From contig DASWJP010000023.1 in NCBI GenBank assembly GCA_036397065.1, forward strand, positions 1 through 63,136: a DNA stretch of 63,136 nucleotides, written 5' to 3'. The position numbers and the translations under genes are program-made. Below are positions 22,437-30,746 of this stretch, one piece after another (within the stretch, counting starts at the first letter, position 1; each line of letters begins with the position of its first letter). The notes below the pieces were generated by a model. That model made no database searches. It was not told the DNA's origin and worked only from the letters and a program-made list of their open reading frames with translations. This DNA is from Kiloniellales bacterium (GTDB lineage: Bacteria > Pseudomonadota > Alphaproteobacteria > Kiloniellales > J153).

Positions 22437-25400
22437 TTAGAGCAGGAGATCGCCGTTCAATGTGATATCGCTGTCGACGATCAGGGTGGCGACCACGCCG
22501 CCGACGGTCTGGGTATAGATGTCGTGGCCCTGGCCATCGCTGCCGGCCTGGGTCCAACCGGTGCCGGCATTCACGCTATCGCCCGCATCGCCCAGAACGG
22601 TCAATACATCGGTGTCCGAGAGATCCAGGACATCCTGGACCCGGAGGGTCAGCTGGTTGGTCCCGGTATCTGTTGCCATATCAATGACTTCGAGGCCACC
22701 GATCTTGCCGGCAAAGGCCGGCAGATTCACGTTACCCCCCATGACTTGCAGAGTATCGGTCCCGGCGCCGCCATCGATCACCGCATCGGCCGGGTCCCAG
22801 AGCAGGATGTCATCGCCGCTGCCGCCGAACAGCTGATCGGCGCCCAGAGCGCCCTCCAGCCGGTCATTGCCGGCACCGCCCGACAGGGTATCCGCCAGGC
22901 TGCCGCCGATGAAGCTGTCGTTGCCGGACCCGCCGGTGAGGGTATGGCCGGTGGAGGGCGAGACGTCGACCACCCGGGCGATGATGCCTTCGGAAGCGCC
23001 GTCCTGCCCGGTCGATTGCCAGCTGACGGCCAGGCTGCCGTCGGCCAGGACCGCCACGTCGGGTACGCCTTGGCCACCGGCGGTAAAGACGTTGATCTGG
23101 AATTCCTGCCCGGTGGTGGCACCGTTGGCGTCGTAGCGTTGCCCAAAAATGCCAAAGCCGCTGCCGTCCTGACCGTCGGATTGCCAGACGACCGTGAAGC
23201 CGCCATCGGCCAAGGCGGTGATCGAGGCCGCCTGTTGCGCTCCGGCGGCCGTGGTGTTGACCTGGAACTCGCCGCCCAGCCGCGATCCGCCGGCGGCAAA
23301 GCGCTGACCGAAGATGCCGAAATTGCTGCCGTCCTGGTTTTGCGACTCCCACACCACCACGAAGCCGCCGCCGGCCAGGGCCGCCGCATGGGGCGCTTGC
23401 TGGGCGTTCTGGGTGGTGGTGTTGACCTGGAATTCGCCACCGATCCTAAGGCCGTTGGCGGCGTAACGCTGGCCGAAGACGCCCGCATTGTTGCCGTCCT
23501 GGTTCTGCGACTCCCAGACGATGACGAAACCGCCATCGGAGAGGGCGGTTACATCCGGCGCCTGCTGGGCATTTTGCGTGAAGGTGTTGACTTGGAATTC
23601 GCGGCCGGCGGCCTGGCCCGCGGCATCGTAACGCAGGGCGAAGACGCCGTTGTTGTTGCCGTCCTGGTTCTGCGACTGCCAGGCCACGACGAAGCCGCCA
23701 TCGGCCAGCGCCGCCACAGCCGGCGAGTCCTGCGCGCCCAGTGCAAAGGTGTTGACCTGAAATTCTGGACCGACGGCCTGGCCGTTCGCATCGAAGCGCT
23801 TGCCGAAGACGCCCAGATTGTTGCCGTCCTGGTTCGGCGACTGCCAGACCAAGACGAACCCGCCGTCGGCGAGCGCCGCGGCGCTGGGCGCCTGCTGATG
23901 ATTCAAGACGTACGTATTGGCCCGGAATTCGGGACCGATGGCCGTGCCGTCCGCATCGAAGCGTTGGGCAAAGATACCGAAGCCGCTGCCGTCCTGGTTC
24001 TGCGATTCCCAGGCGATGACGAAGCCGCCGTCCTTGAGCGCCGCCATGGCCGGAACCTGTTGCGCCCCGGCCGTGGTGGTATTGGCCACGAACTCGCCGC
24101 CGGCGCCGCTGCCTGTGGGACTCGGTAAAACCGAAACGGTCACACTGGCGCTGGCGCTGGCGCCCGAGGGGTCGGCGACCGTGAAGGTGAATGTGTCGGT
24201 GCCGGTGAAACCGGTAGCCGGCGTATACGTGTACGTGCCGTCCGCCTGCACCACGGCCGTGCCGTGCGCCGGCGCCGTCGCCAGGCTGAAGCGCAGATCG
24301 GCCGGCGAATTGTCCGGGTCCGCAGCCGTCAGCAGTCCGCTGATCGGGGTCCCGGATTCCATGGCCGCCACGCTGTCGGCCGCGACGGGCGGGGCGTTGA
24401 CCGCGTTGACGAGGACGCTGACCGTCGCCTGGGCGCTGCCGCCCTGGCCGTCGGAGACCGTGTAGGTGAAGGAATCCGTGCCGGCAAATCCGCTCGCTGG
24501 AACATAGGTGAGGGTGCCATCGGCGTTGATCGCCACCTTGCCGTTGGCGCCCGATGTGACCGAGGTCACGGTCAGTGGGTCGCCGTCCACATCGCTGTCG
24601 TTGGCCAGCACGGCGAAGGTGACCGGTTGTCCCTGGTCGGTGCTGGCCGCGTCATCGGCGGCGACCGGCGCATCGTTGACCGGCTTGATCACCAGCGAGA
24701 CGGTGGCGGTGGAGAAGCCGCCGCGGCCATCGGAGATCGTGTAGCTAAAGGAATCCACACCGAAGAAATCGGCCTGGGGGATATAGGTCAAGGTGCCGTC
24801 CGAATTGATCGACACCTGGCCGTGTTGCCCCTGGGTCACCGCGGATACCTGCAACGTATCGCCGTTCGCATCCGTATCGTTGCCGAGCACGTTGATGACG
24901 ACCGCGGCATCTTCGGCGGTGGCGGCCTGATCGTTCTGGGCGACGGGCGCCACGTTGACCGGCGGCAGCGGCGGCGCAACGGTGACACTGACCGCGGCGC
25001 TGCTGCTGCCGCCGTTGCCGTCGGAAATGGTGTAGGTGAACGTGTCGATACCGGAGAAGCCGGCCTTGGGCGCATAGGTCAGGGTGCCATCCGGGTTGAT
25101 GGCCACCGACCCATGGACGCCCTGGGTTACCGCCATGACGTGCAGGCGGGAGCCTTCCGGGTCGCTATCGTTGGCCAGCACCGAGACGGTGACCGGGGTG
25201 GCCGCCGCGGTGGCCGCCGTATCGCCCTTGGCCAGCGGCGCCGCATTCGGCGGCGGCGTGCTCGCCGCCACCTGCTGCACCACCACGGGGGCCGCCGCGA
25301 CGGGTTGCGTCACAGGCGCACTCTGCACCGGATCGCCGCTGCTCAGCGCGGCGGCGTAGACCAGATCGGCCGGCAGAACCTGGATGGTCCGGCCGAAGCT

Positions 25401-25988
25401 GGAAACTTCGCTTTCGCCGCTGCTGCTGCCGCTGTTCTGCGGCGGCGCTGGCTCACCCCCACTGCCGGTTCCATTCCCGGTTCCATCGCCGGTCCCGTCC
25501 CCCGTCCCGTCACCGGTTCCATCGCCGTCACCCTGGGCCGCTTCGCCCTCGCCATTCTGCCCCGCGCCGGCGGCCGCGGCGGCCGGGTCATCGGCCGCGA
25601 TTTGCTGCGCCTCGCCCGCATCTTCGCCGTTGTTCCCGGGATCGGTCGGGTCCTTGTCGTCCTTTTTGTCCTTTTCCTTCTCTTCTTCCTGCTGCACCGC
25701 CCGCAGGCGCAGGTTCATCAAGGCATCCAGGGTCATGGTGGTGAGATCGGCCGGCAGCTCGTCGAGAGTCGGCACATCGTTGCCGGCCGCCGGCGGCGCC
25801 TTGTCCCGGAGGGCGTCGGCCGGGTCCTGCCCCGGCGCGGACCGCAGGGGCAGATCCATCAGCTGTTCAATATCGACCGTGGTCGGATCGGCGGGCAGGG
25901 GTTTAGGCGCCAGGGAACCGCCGTCATCGGGCGATGCGGCGGGCTCCGCGGTCGTCGCGGCCATTTGAACGATCGAAGGTGGAGCCAC
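22437..25988 (-). CDS. large secreted RTX-type surface protein (Ig/cadherin-like modules + 7-repeat module + Ca-binding repeats + type I secretion C-terminal target domain)
   Basis: The GTG start has AGGA 5 nt upstream. GGxGxD-type nonapeptides (GGSGNDSFIGGSLADTLSGGAGNDRLEGALGADQLFGGSGDD) span aa 1018-1080. The C-terminal tail ends ...ATLIVDSDITLNGDLLL, like T1SS substrates of the VCA0849 type. There is no N-terminal signal peptide. Confidence 0.9.
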   Translation of the reverse strand: MAPPSIVQMAATTAEPAASPDDGGSLAPKPLPADPTTVDIEQLMDLPLRSAPGQDPADALRDKAPPAAGNDVPTLDELPADLTTMTLDALMNLRLRAVQQEEEKEKDKKDDKDPTDPGNNGEDAGEAQQIAADDPAAAAAGAGQNGEGEAAQGDGDGTGDGTGDGTGDGTGNGTGSGGEPAPPQNSGSSSGESEVSSFGRTIQVLPADLVYAAALSSGDPVQSAPVTQPVAAAPVVVQQVAASTPPPNAAPLAKGDTAATAAATPVTVSVLANDSDPEGSRLHVMAVTQGVHGSVAINPDGTLTYAPKAGFSGIDTFTYTISDGNGGSSSAAVSVTVAPPLPPVNVAPVAQNDQAATAEDAAVVINVLGNDTDANGDTLQVSAVTQGQHGQVSINSDGTLTYIPQADFFGVDSFSYTISDGRGGFSTATVSLVIKPVNDAPVAADDAASTDQGQPVTFAVLANDSDVDGDPLTVTSVTSGANGKVAINADGTLTYVPASGFAGTDSFTYTVSDGQGGSAQATVSVLVNAVNAPPVAADSVAAMESGTPISGLLTAADPDNSPADLRFSLATAPAHGTAVVQADGTYTYTPATGFTGTDTFTFTVADPSGASASASVTVSVLPSPTGSGAGGEFVANTTTAGAQQVPAMAALKDGGFVIAWESQNQDGSGFGIFAQRFDADGTAIGPEFRANTYVLNHQQAPSAAALADGGFVLVWQSPNQDGNNLGVFGKRFDANGQAVGPEFQVNTFALGAQDSPAVAALADGGFVVAWQSQNQDGNNNGVFALRYDAAGQAAGREFQVNTFTQNAQQAPDVTALSDGGFVIVWESQNQDGNNAGVFGQRYAANGLRIGGEFQVNTTTQNAQQAPHAAALAGGGFVVVWESQNQDGSNFGIFGQRFAAGGSRLGGEFQVNTTAAGAQQAASITALADGGFTVVWQSDGQDGSGFGIFGQRYDANGATTGQEFQINVFTAGGQGVPDVAVLADGSLAVSWQSTGQDGASEGIIARVVDVSPSTGHTLTGGSGNDSFIGGSLADTLSGGAGNDRLEGALGADQLFGGSGDDILLWDPADAVIDGGAGTDTLQVMGGNVNLPAFAGKIGGLEVIDMATDTGTNQLTLRVQDVLDLSDTDVLTVLGDAGDSVNAGTGWTQAGSDGQGHDIYTQTVGGVVATLIVDSDITLNGDLLL
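22941..24095 (-). repeat. seven tandem in-frame 165-bp (55-aa) coding repeats
   Basis: The EF(Q/R/V)(V/A/I)N motif begins at aa 632, 687, 742, 797, 852, 907 and 962, a period of exactly 55 aa with no indels. The consensus is EFQVNT....AQQAP...ALADGGFVVVWQSQNQDG...G(V/I)FGQR(F/Y)DA.G...G. Confidence 0.88.
24129..25235 (-). repeat. four tandem Ig/cadherin-like coding modules of about 90-95 aa
   Basis: The repeated pattern is V(L)ANDSD.(D/E)G..L.V..VT.G.HG.V.IN.DGTLTY.P..GF.G.D.F.YT(I/V)SDG.GG...A.VSV, at roughly aa 252-338, 347-434, 440-527 and 533-620. Confidence 0.75.
25455..25532 (-). repeat. short coding micro-repeat (GDGT/GNGT tetrapeptide units, aa 153-178)
   Basis: The translation is GDGDGTGDGTGDGTGDGTGNGTGSGG, encoded by near-identical 12-nt units. 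Confidence 0.7.
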
Positions 25989-26326
25989 GGCGGTCCTAGT
26001 ACATACTTAGGCAATTCGAAAAATCATAGCCAAGGTAAGTAAAGATTCTTTGTATGCTCGCCTTGATTTCGCCAGAAATCAGCCGTATTTGCCGGCTTTC
26101 TAAGCAATATCTATGAATATATTTGGTTAACGGCGACTCTGTATTAAGGTTAATCGGCAAGTAACCAGCGTATCTTTGGGAAATCGCGGCATTCGCCGCC
26201 AGGAGGGCCCGGCGCGAGGATACGCGCGCGGATTGGGCGGCGCCCGGCCGGAGGCGCGCGGACTCCGCCCTGGGGCCGTGGGCCCGGGAATTTTGCTGCC
26301 AAAAGTCTAGGGAATCTGCCGGATTT

Positions 26327-26401
26327 TGGAGCGGGCGATGAGATTCGAACTCACGACCCCAACCTTGGCAAGGTTGTGCTCTACCCCTGAGCTACGCCCG
26401 C
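26327..26401 (-). tRNA. tRNA-Gly (anticodon GCC)
   Basis: The reverse complement reads GCGGGCGTAGCTCAGGGGTAGAGCACAACCTTGCCAAGGTTGGGGTCGTGAGTTCGAATCTCATCGCCCGCTCCA. It folds as a cloverleaf with a 7-bp acceptor stem, GCC in the anticodon loop (CTTGCCAAG), a TTCGAAT T-loop and an encoded CCA. Confidence 0.93.
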
Positions 26402-26563
26402 GCGCGGATCGTCCGGCAGGCCGGAAAGTTATACGTTTTCTCCGGCTTTGCAAGCCGCGATCGAGGGCGGCGGCCGGCGGCCTTGCCAGGGCCTTCCGGG
26501 CCGGTTAAGAGGCCCAGCATCGAGCCCCAAGCGGGCGAAACCCAGGCGCTGACGGATCCGGCC

Positions 26564-27109
26564 ATGACCGAACCGACCCCGACCCAACTGCCGACCAGCC
26601 CGGAGGCTCTGCTGGCGCGCCTGGAAAGCCTGGGAATCGGCAGCCGCACGGTCGATCACCCGCCGGTCTTCACCGTCGAGCAGGCCAAGGCCCTGCGCGG
26701 CGAACTGCCCGGCCATCACATCAAGAACCTATTCCTGCGCAACAAGAAGGGCGCCATGTGGCTGGTGGTCTGTCTGGAAGACCGGCAGATCGACCTGAAG
26801 GCCCTGGCCATGGCCCTCGATGCGGGCCGGTTTTCCTTCGGCAGCGCCGATCGCCTGATGACCTACCTGGGAGTCGAGCCGGGATCGGTCACCCCCTTCG
26901 CCGCGATCAACGACACGGAGCATCAGGTCGAGGTGGTGCTGGACACGGCGGTGACCGCGGGCGGGCCGGTCAATTGCCATCCCCTGGTCAACCACCGGAC
27001 CACGGCCATCGCCCCGGCGGACTTGATCCGTTTTCTCGAAAGCACGGGACACCCGCCGCGCCTGCTCGACATGGGGCAGGTTTCGGCCGCCACGGTCCCC
27101 GGCGCCTAG
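26564..27109 (+). CDS. prolyl-tRNA editing (YbaK/ProX-like, aminoacyl-tRNA deacylase) domain protein
   Basis: HIKNLFLRNKKG..WLVV......IDLKALA...G..R.SF......M...LGV.PGSVTPF is the typical ProX/YbaK core. I chose the ATG at 26564 as the start. Confidence 0.85.
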   Translation: MTEPTPTQLPTSPEALLARLESLGIGSRTVDHPPVFTVEQAKALRGELPGHHIKNLFLRNKKGAMWLVVCLEDRQIDLKALAMALDAGRFSFGSADRLMTYLGVEPGSVTPFAAINDTEHQVEVVLDTAVTAGGPVNCHPLVNHRTTAIAPADLIRFLESTGHPPRLLDMGQVSAATVPGA

Positions 27110-27237
27110 TCCCCCGGCGCCCGTGCGCCCGGCACGGCCCAGGCTTGCGCCAGTGGCCGAAAGACGCCATTTATGGTGACGACGGTTGCCGCCGGCATCG
27201 CTGCGGTGGCGCGTGGTGCAAACGATCGGAAAGTCAT

Positions 27238-28173
27238 ATGGAAACTCTCATCGGCGCAGGCCGATCCAACGGCGCCGAAGGCGGCCCGCCGGCCGATCTG
27301 ATCAAGGACGGCAGCACGGCGCGCTTCGGCCAGGATGTCATCGAGGCCTCCATGAAGGTGCCGGTGATCGTCGATTTCTGGGCGCCCTGGTGCGGCCCGT
27401 GCAAGCAGCTTGGGCCGCTGCTGGAAAAGGTGGTGCAGGCGGCCCGCGGCGGCGTGCGCCTGGTCAAGATCGACATCGATCAGAACCAGGCCCTGGCCGG
27501 ACAATTGCGCATCCAATCGATTCCCGCCGTCTACGCCTTCTATCAGGGCCAGCCGGTGGATGGCTTCGTCGGCGCGCAGAGCGAGAGCGAGATCAAAAGC
27601 TTCGTCGACCGCCTGCTCAAGCAAAGCGGCGGCGGGGCCGGGCCATCGCCCATCGAACAGGCCCTGGAACAGGCGCAGACGGCCTTGACCGACAAGCAGG
27701 TGGGCGCCGCCGCGGCGATGTTCGGACAGGTCTTGCAGTACGAGCCCGACAACGAGACCGCATTGGCGGGGATGATCCGCTGCCACCTGGCGGCCGGCGA
27801 TACGGCCGCGGCCCGCGAGATGTTCGATACCCTGCCCGCCAACGTCTCCGCCAAGCCGGTCTTCGCCTCGGTCGCGGCCGCCCTGGAGTTGGCCGAACAA
27901 AGTGCCACCGCCGGGTCGCTGCCCGATCTGACGGCGCGGGTGGCGCAAAATCCGGCCGATCACCAGGCACGTTTCGATCTGGCGGTGGCCCTGCACGCCG
28001 CCGGACAGCCCGAGGCGGCGGCGGATGCCTTGCTGGAGATCATCCGCCGCGAGCGGACCTGGAACGAGGACGCGGCCCGGCAGCAACTGGTGAAATTCTT
28101 CGAGGCCTGGGGGCCGGCCGATCCGAACACCTTGGCGGCGCGGCGGCGATTGTCGTCGCTGCTCTTTTCATGA
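27238..28173 (+). CDS. thioredoxin-domain plus TPR co-chaperone (YbbN/CnoX-like)
   Basis: VIVDFWAPWCGPCKQLGP (a WCGPC active site) is followed by a TPR-like helical C-terminal half. The real start is the ATG at 27238 (METLIG); the upstream ORF extension is spurious. Confidence 0.88.
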   Translation: METLIGAGRSNGAEGGPPADLIKDGSTARFGQDVIEASMKVPVIVDFWAPWCGPCKQLGPLLEKVVQAARGGVRLVKIDIDQNQALAGQLRIQSIPAVYAFYQGQPVDGFVGAQSESEIKSFVDRLLKQSGGGAGPSPIEQALEQAQTALTDKQVGAAAAMFGQVLQYEPDNETALAGMIRCHLAAGDTAAAREMFDTLPANVSAKPVFASVAAALELAEQSATAGSLPDLTARVAQNPADHQARFDLAVALHAAGQPEAAADALLEIIRRERTWNEDAARQQLVKFFEAWGPADPNTLAARRRLSSLLFS

Positions 28174-28835
28174 GTCCTCCGGAGCCAACCAAGTCCGCGG
28201 ACCGGCCGCAGATACTGCCGATCTTTCCTTTGCCCGGCGTTCTCTTGCTGCCCGGCGGCCGGCTGCCGCTGAATATTTTCGAGCCGCGCTATCTGGCCAT
28301 GGTGCGCGATGCCCTGGCCGGCGAGCGCATGATCGGCATGGTTCAACCCTGCGCGCCGGCCGAGGATGTGGGCGCCGCCCAGATCTACGGCATCGGCTGT
28401 GCCGGGCGCATCACCGCCTTCAGCGAAACCCCGGACGGCCGCTTTCTGATCACCCTGACCGGCGTGATCCGCTTCGGGGCGGGCCGCGAGCTGCCGGCCA
28501 TCGACGGCTATCGCCGCGTGGCCGCCGACTATGGCCGGTTCCTGGGCGATCTGGCCGGCGATGAGACCGACCCGGCGGACGGCATCGACCGGGAGCATTT
28601 GCTGAGCACCCTGGGCGCCTATTTCGATGCCACGGGGATCGAGGGCGACTGGTCGGCGATCAAGGAGGCGGGCGATGCCCCGCTGATCACCTCCTTGGCC
28701 ATGGTCTGCCCCTTCGACGGGGCGGAAAAACAGGCGCTCTTGGAGGCCATGACCTTGCGCGACCGGGTTGCGGCCATGACCATGATGATGAATCTTGCGG
28801 TCCACGGCGGCGACGGCGCGGGCGCGCGCCACTGA
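28170..28835 (+). CDS. LON peptidase N-terminal (substrate-binding) domain protein
   Basis: [30 protein letters not shown] is the canonical LonN start. The ATG overlaps the upstream stop (ATGA). Confidence 0.85.
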   Translation: MSPPEPTKSADRPQILPIFPLPGVLLLPGGRLPLNIFEPRYLAMVRDALAGERMIGMVQPCAPAEDVGAAQIYGIGCAGRITAFSETPDGRFLITLTGVIRFGAGRELPAIDGYRRVAADYGRFLGDLAGDETDPADGIDREHLLSTLGAYFDATGIEGDWSAIKEAGDAPLITSLAMVCPFDGAEKQALLEAMTLRDRVAAMTMMMNLAVHGGDGAGARH

Positions 28836-28876
28836 TCCGGCCGGGCCGCGCACGGAAGACGGGAGCGGGAGCGATC

Positions 28877-29065
28877 ATGAAAGACACAACATCCGGGGTC
28901 GATCCCAGGCTGCTGGAGATCCTGGTCTGTCCGCTGACCAAGGGGCCGCTGGAATACGACGCCGAGGCGCAGGAATTGATCAGCCGCCAGGCGCGCCTGG
29001 CCTATCCGATCCGCGATGGCATTCCGATCATGTTGGCCGACGAGGCCCGGCCGCTCGATGACTGA
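28877..29065 (+). CDS. Trm112/UPF0434 family small protein
   Basis: [17 protein letters not shown]......LIS....[16 protein letters not shown] is the family signature. Confidence 0.85.
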   Translation: MKDTTSGVDPRLLEILVCPLTKGPLEYDAEAQELISRQARLAYPIRDGIPIMLADEARPLDD

Positions 29066-29094
29066 TCGCCGGCGGCGGCCATGAGCGATCTCCC

Positions 29095-29478
29095 ATGAGC
29101 GATACCTTCGTCACCGCCCATTGGCCGAAAGAGATCCGCTACATCGCGCAAGACAAGCGCCTGGAGATCGATTTCGACGACGGCGCGTCGTTTTCCTATC
29201 CGGCCGAGCTGTTGCGCGTCGAAAGCCCGTCCGCCGAGGTCCAGGGTCATGGGCCCGGCGGCAAGACCATCGTCTCCGGCCGCCGCCACGTGGGCATCAT
29301 GGCGATCGAGCCGGTGGGCAACTATGCCGTCCGCATCAAGTTCGACGATCTGCACGACACCGGCATCTTCACCTGGCCGTATTTCTATCAGCTGGGCCAG
29401 GAGCAGGCGGCGGTCTGGGATGCCTATCTAGCCGCACTTGACGCGCGCGGTCTTTCCCGCGATCCGCCGCGGCGCTAA
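29095..29478 (+). CDS. DUF971 (gamma-butyrobetaine hydroxylase-like N-terminal domain) protein
   Basis: L.I.F.DG....YPAELLRV.SPSAEV.GH.........G.R.V.I...EPVGNYAVRI.F.DLHDTGI(F/Y)(T/S)W.Y is typical of DUF971. Confidence 0.8.
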   Translation: MSDTFVTAHWPKEIRYIAQDKRLEIDFDDGASFSYPAELLRVESPSAEVQGHGPGGKTIVSGRRHVGIMAIEPVGNYAVRIKFDDLHDTGIFTWPYFYQLGQEQAAVWDAYLAALDARGLSRDPPRR

Positions 29479-29488
29479 TCTCCCAGCC

Positions 29489-30724
29489 ATGGCCATGGAC
29501 CAACCTCTCGCGGATGCCCGTATCGCTGCTGCTTCCGCGGTAGACATGGCCGCCGTGCGCGCTTATCGCCTGGCGCGGGTGCGGGCGCAATTGCGCGCCC
29601 GCGACTATGCCGGCTGCGTGCTGTTCGATCCGCTGAACCTGCGCTATGCCACCGACAGCCGCAACATGGCGGTGTGGACCCTGCACAACGCCGCCCGGTA
29701 TTGCTTCGTGCCCACCGAAGGGCCGGTGATCGTTTTCGATTTCCACAACTGCGCCCACTTGTCCGACGGCTTGGAAACCGTCGACGAAGTGCGCCCGGCG
29801 CGCTCTTGGTATTACTTTGCCGCCGGACCGCGCGTCGCGGAGTTGGCCAACGCCTGGGCGGTGGAGATCGCCGATCTGGTGCGCACCTATGGCGGCGGCA
29901 ACCGGCGCCTGGCCATCGACCATTGCGATCCGGCCGGCGCGGCCGCCCTGGCGCGCGAAGGGATCGAGGTGCACGACGGGCAAGAAGTCCTGGAACAGGC
30001 CCGGGTGATCAAATCGCCGGAGGAACTGACGCTCATGGGCGCGGCGATTGCCGTCTGCGAAACAGGCATGGGGGCCATGCGCGAAGCCCTGAGACCGGGC
30101 ATGAGCGAGAATGCGCTGTGGTCCATCCTGCACCAGGTCAACATCGCCATGGGCGGCGAGTGGATCGAAACCCGGCTGCTCTCATCGGGCCCGCGCACCA
30201 ATCCCTGGTTTCAAGAATCCGGCGAGCGGATCATCCAAGCCGGCGATCTGGTCAGTTTCGATACGGATCTAATCGGCCCGTACGGCTATTGCGCCGATAT
30301 CTCACGCACCTTCCTGTGCGGCGGGGGCCGGGCCAGCGCCGAGCAGCAGCGGCTCTACCGGCTGGCCTGGGAGCAGATCGAGTACAACACCGCCCTGCTG
30401 CGCCCCGGCCTGACCACCCGCGAATTGGCGGAGCGCGCCTTTGCCCTGCCGGCCACGTGCGCGCCCAACCGGTACTCGGTGGTCATCCACGGGGTTGGCC
30501 TGTGCGACGAGTATCCACACGCCGCCTATGCCGAGGATATCGATGCGAGCGGTTACGATGTGCCCCTGCTGGCGGGCATGACCGTGTGCGTCGAAAGCTA
30601 CATGGGCGAGGTGGGCGGCGGCGAAGGGGTGAAGCTGGAACAGCAGGTGCTGATCACCGAGACCGGTGCCGAGCTGTTGTCCAGGTTTCCCTTCGAGGAC
30701 GCGCTCATGCCGCGGCAGATTTAG
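29489..30724 (+). CDS. M24 family metallopeptidase (Xaa-Pro dipeptidase / creatinase-like fold)
   Basis: A creatinase-like N-domain is followed by a pita-bread C-domain with metal-ligand contexts (GDLVSFDTDLIGPYGYCADISRTF, VIHGVGL..EYP, CVESY). I cannot assign substrate specificity. Confidence 0.82.
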   Translation: MAMDQPLADARIAAASAVDMAAVRAYRLARVRAQLRARDYAGCVLFDPLNLRYATDSRNMAVWTLHNAARYCFVPTEGPVIVFDFHNCAHLSDGLETVDEVRPARSWYYFAAGPRVAELANAWAVEIADLVRTYGGGNRRLAIDHCDPAGAAALAREGIEVHDGQEVLEQARVIKSPEELTLMGAAIAVCETGMGAMREALRPGMSENALWSILHQVNIAMGGEWIETRLLSSGPRTNPWFQESGERIIQAGDLVSFDTDLIGPYGYCADISRTFLCGGGRASAEQQRLYRLAWEQIEYNTALLRPGLTTRELAERAFALPATCAPNRYSVVIHGVGLCDEYPHAAYAEDIDASGYDVPLLAGMTVCVESYMGEVGGGEGVKLEQQVLITETGAELLSRFPFEDALMPRQI

Positions 30725-30746
30725 CGCCAGCTCCTCATCCCGGTTT

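Noticed and set aside
22941-25235. Tandem repeats that might have been a CRISPR array or satellite
   Set aside because: The repeats are in-frame protein-coding modules (55-aa and about 90-aa units) of one continuous ORF. There is no repeat-spacer structure and no cas genes in the window.
21043-26401. A possible genomic island inserted at tRNA-Gly, carrying the RTX adhesin and the HTH/coiled-coil protein
   Set aside because: There is no integrase, recombinase or transposase. I could find no direct repeat of the tRNA 3' end (TGGAGCGGGCGATGAG...) near 21.0-21.2 kb. The coding GC content and codon style of the two genes look the same as the flanking housekeeping genes.
26428-26453. A possible promoter for tRNA-Gly on the minus strand (TTGCAA ... 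TATAAC)
   Set aside because: The spacer is only 14 nt as counted, which is too short for a standard sigma-70 promoter unless the -35 is shifted. The evidence is not strong enough to annotate.
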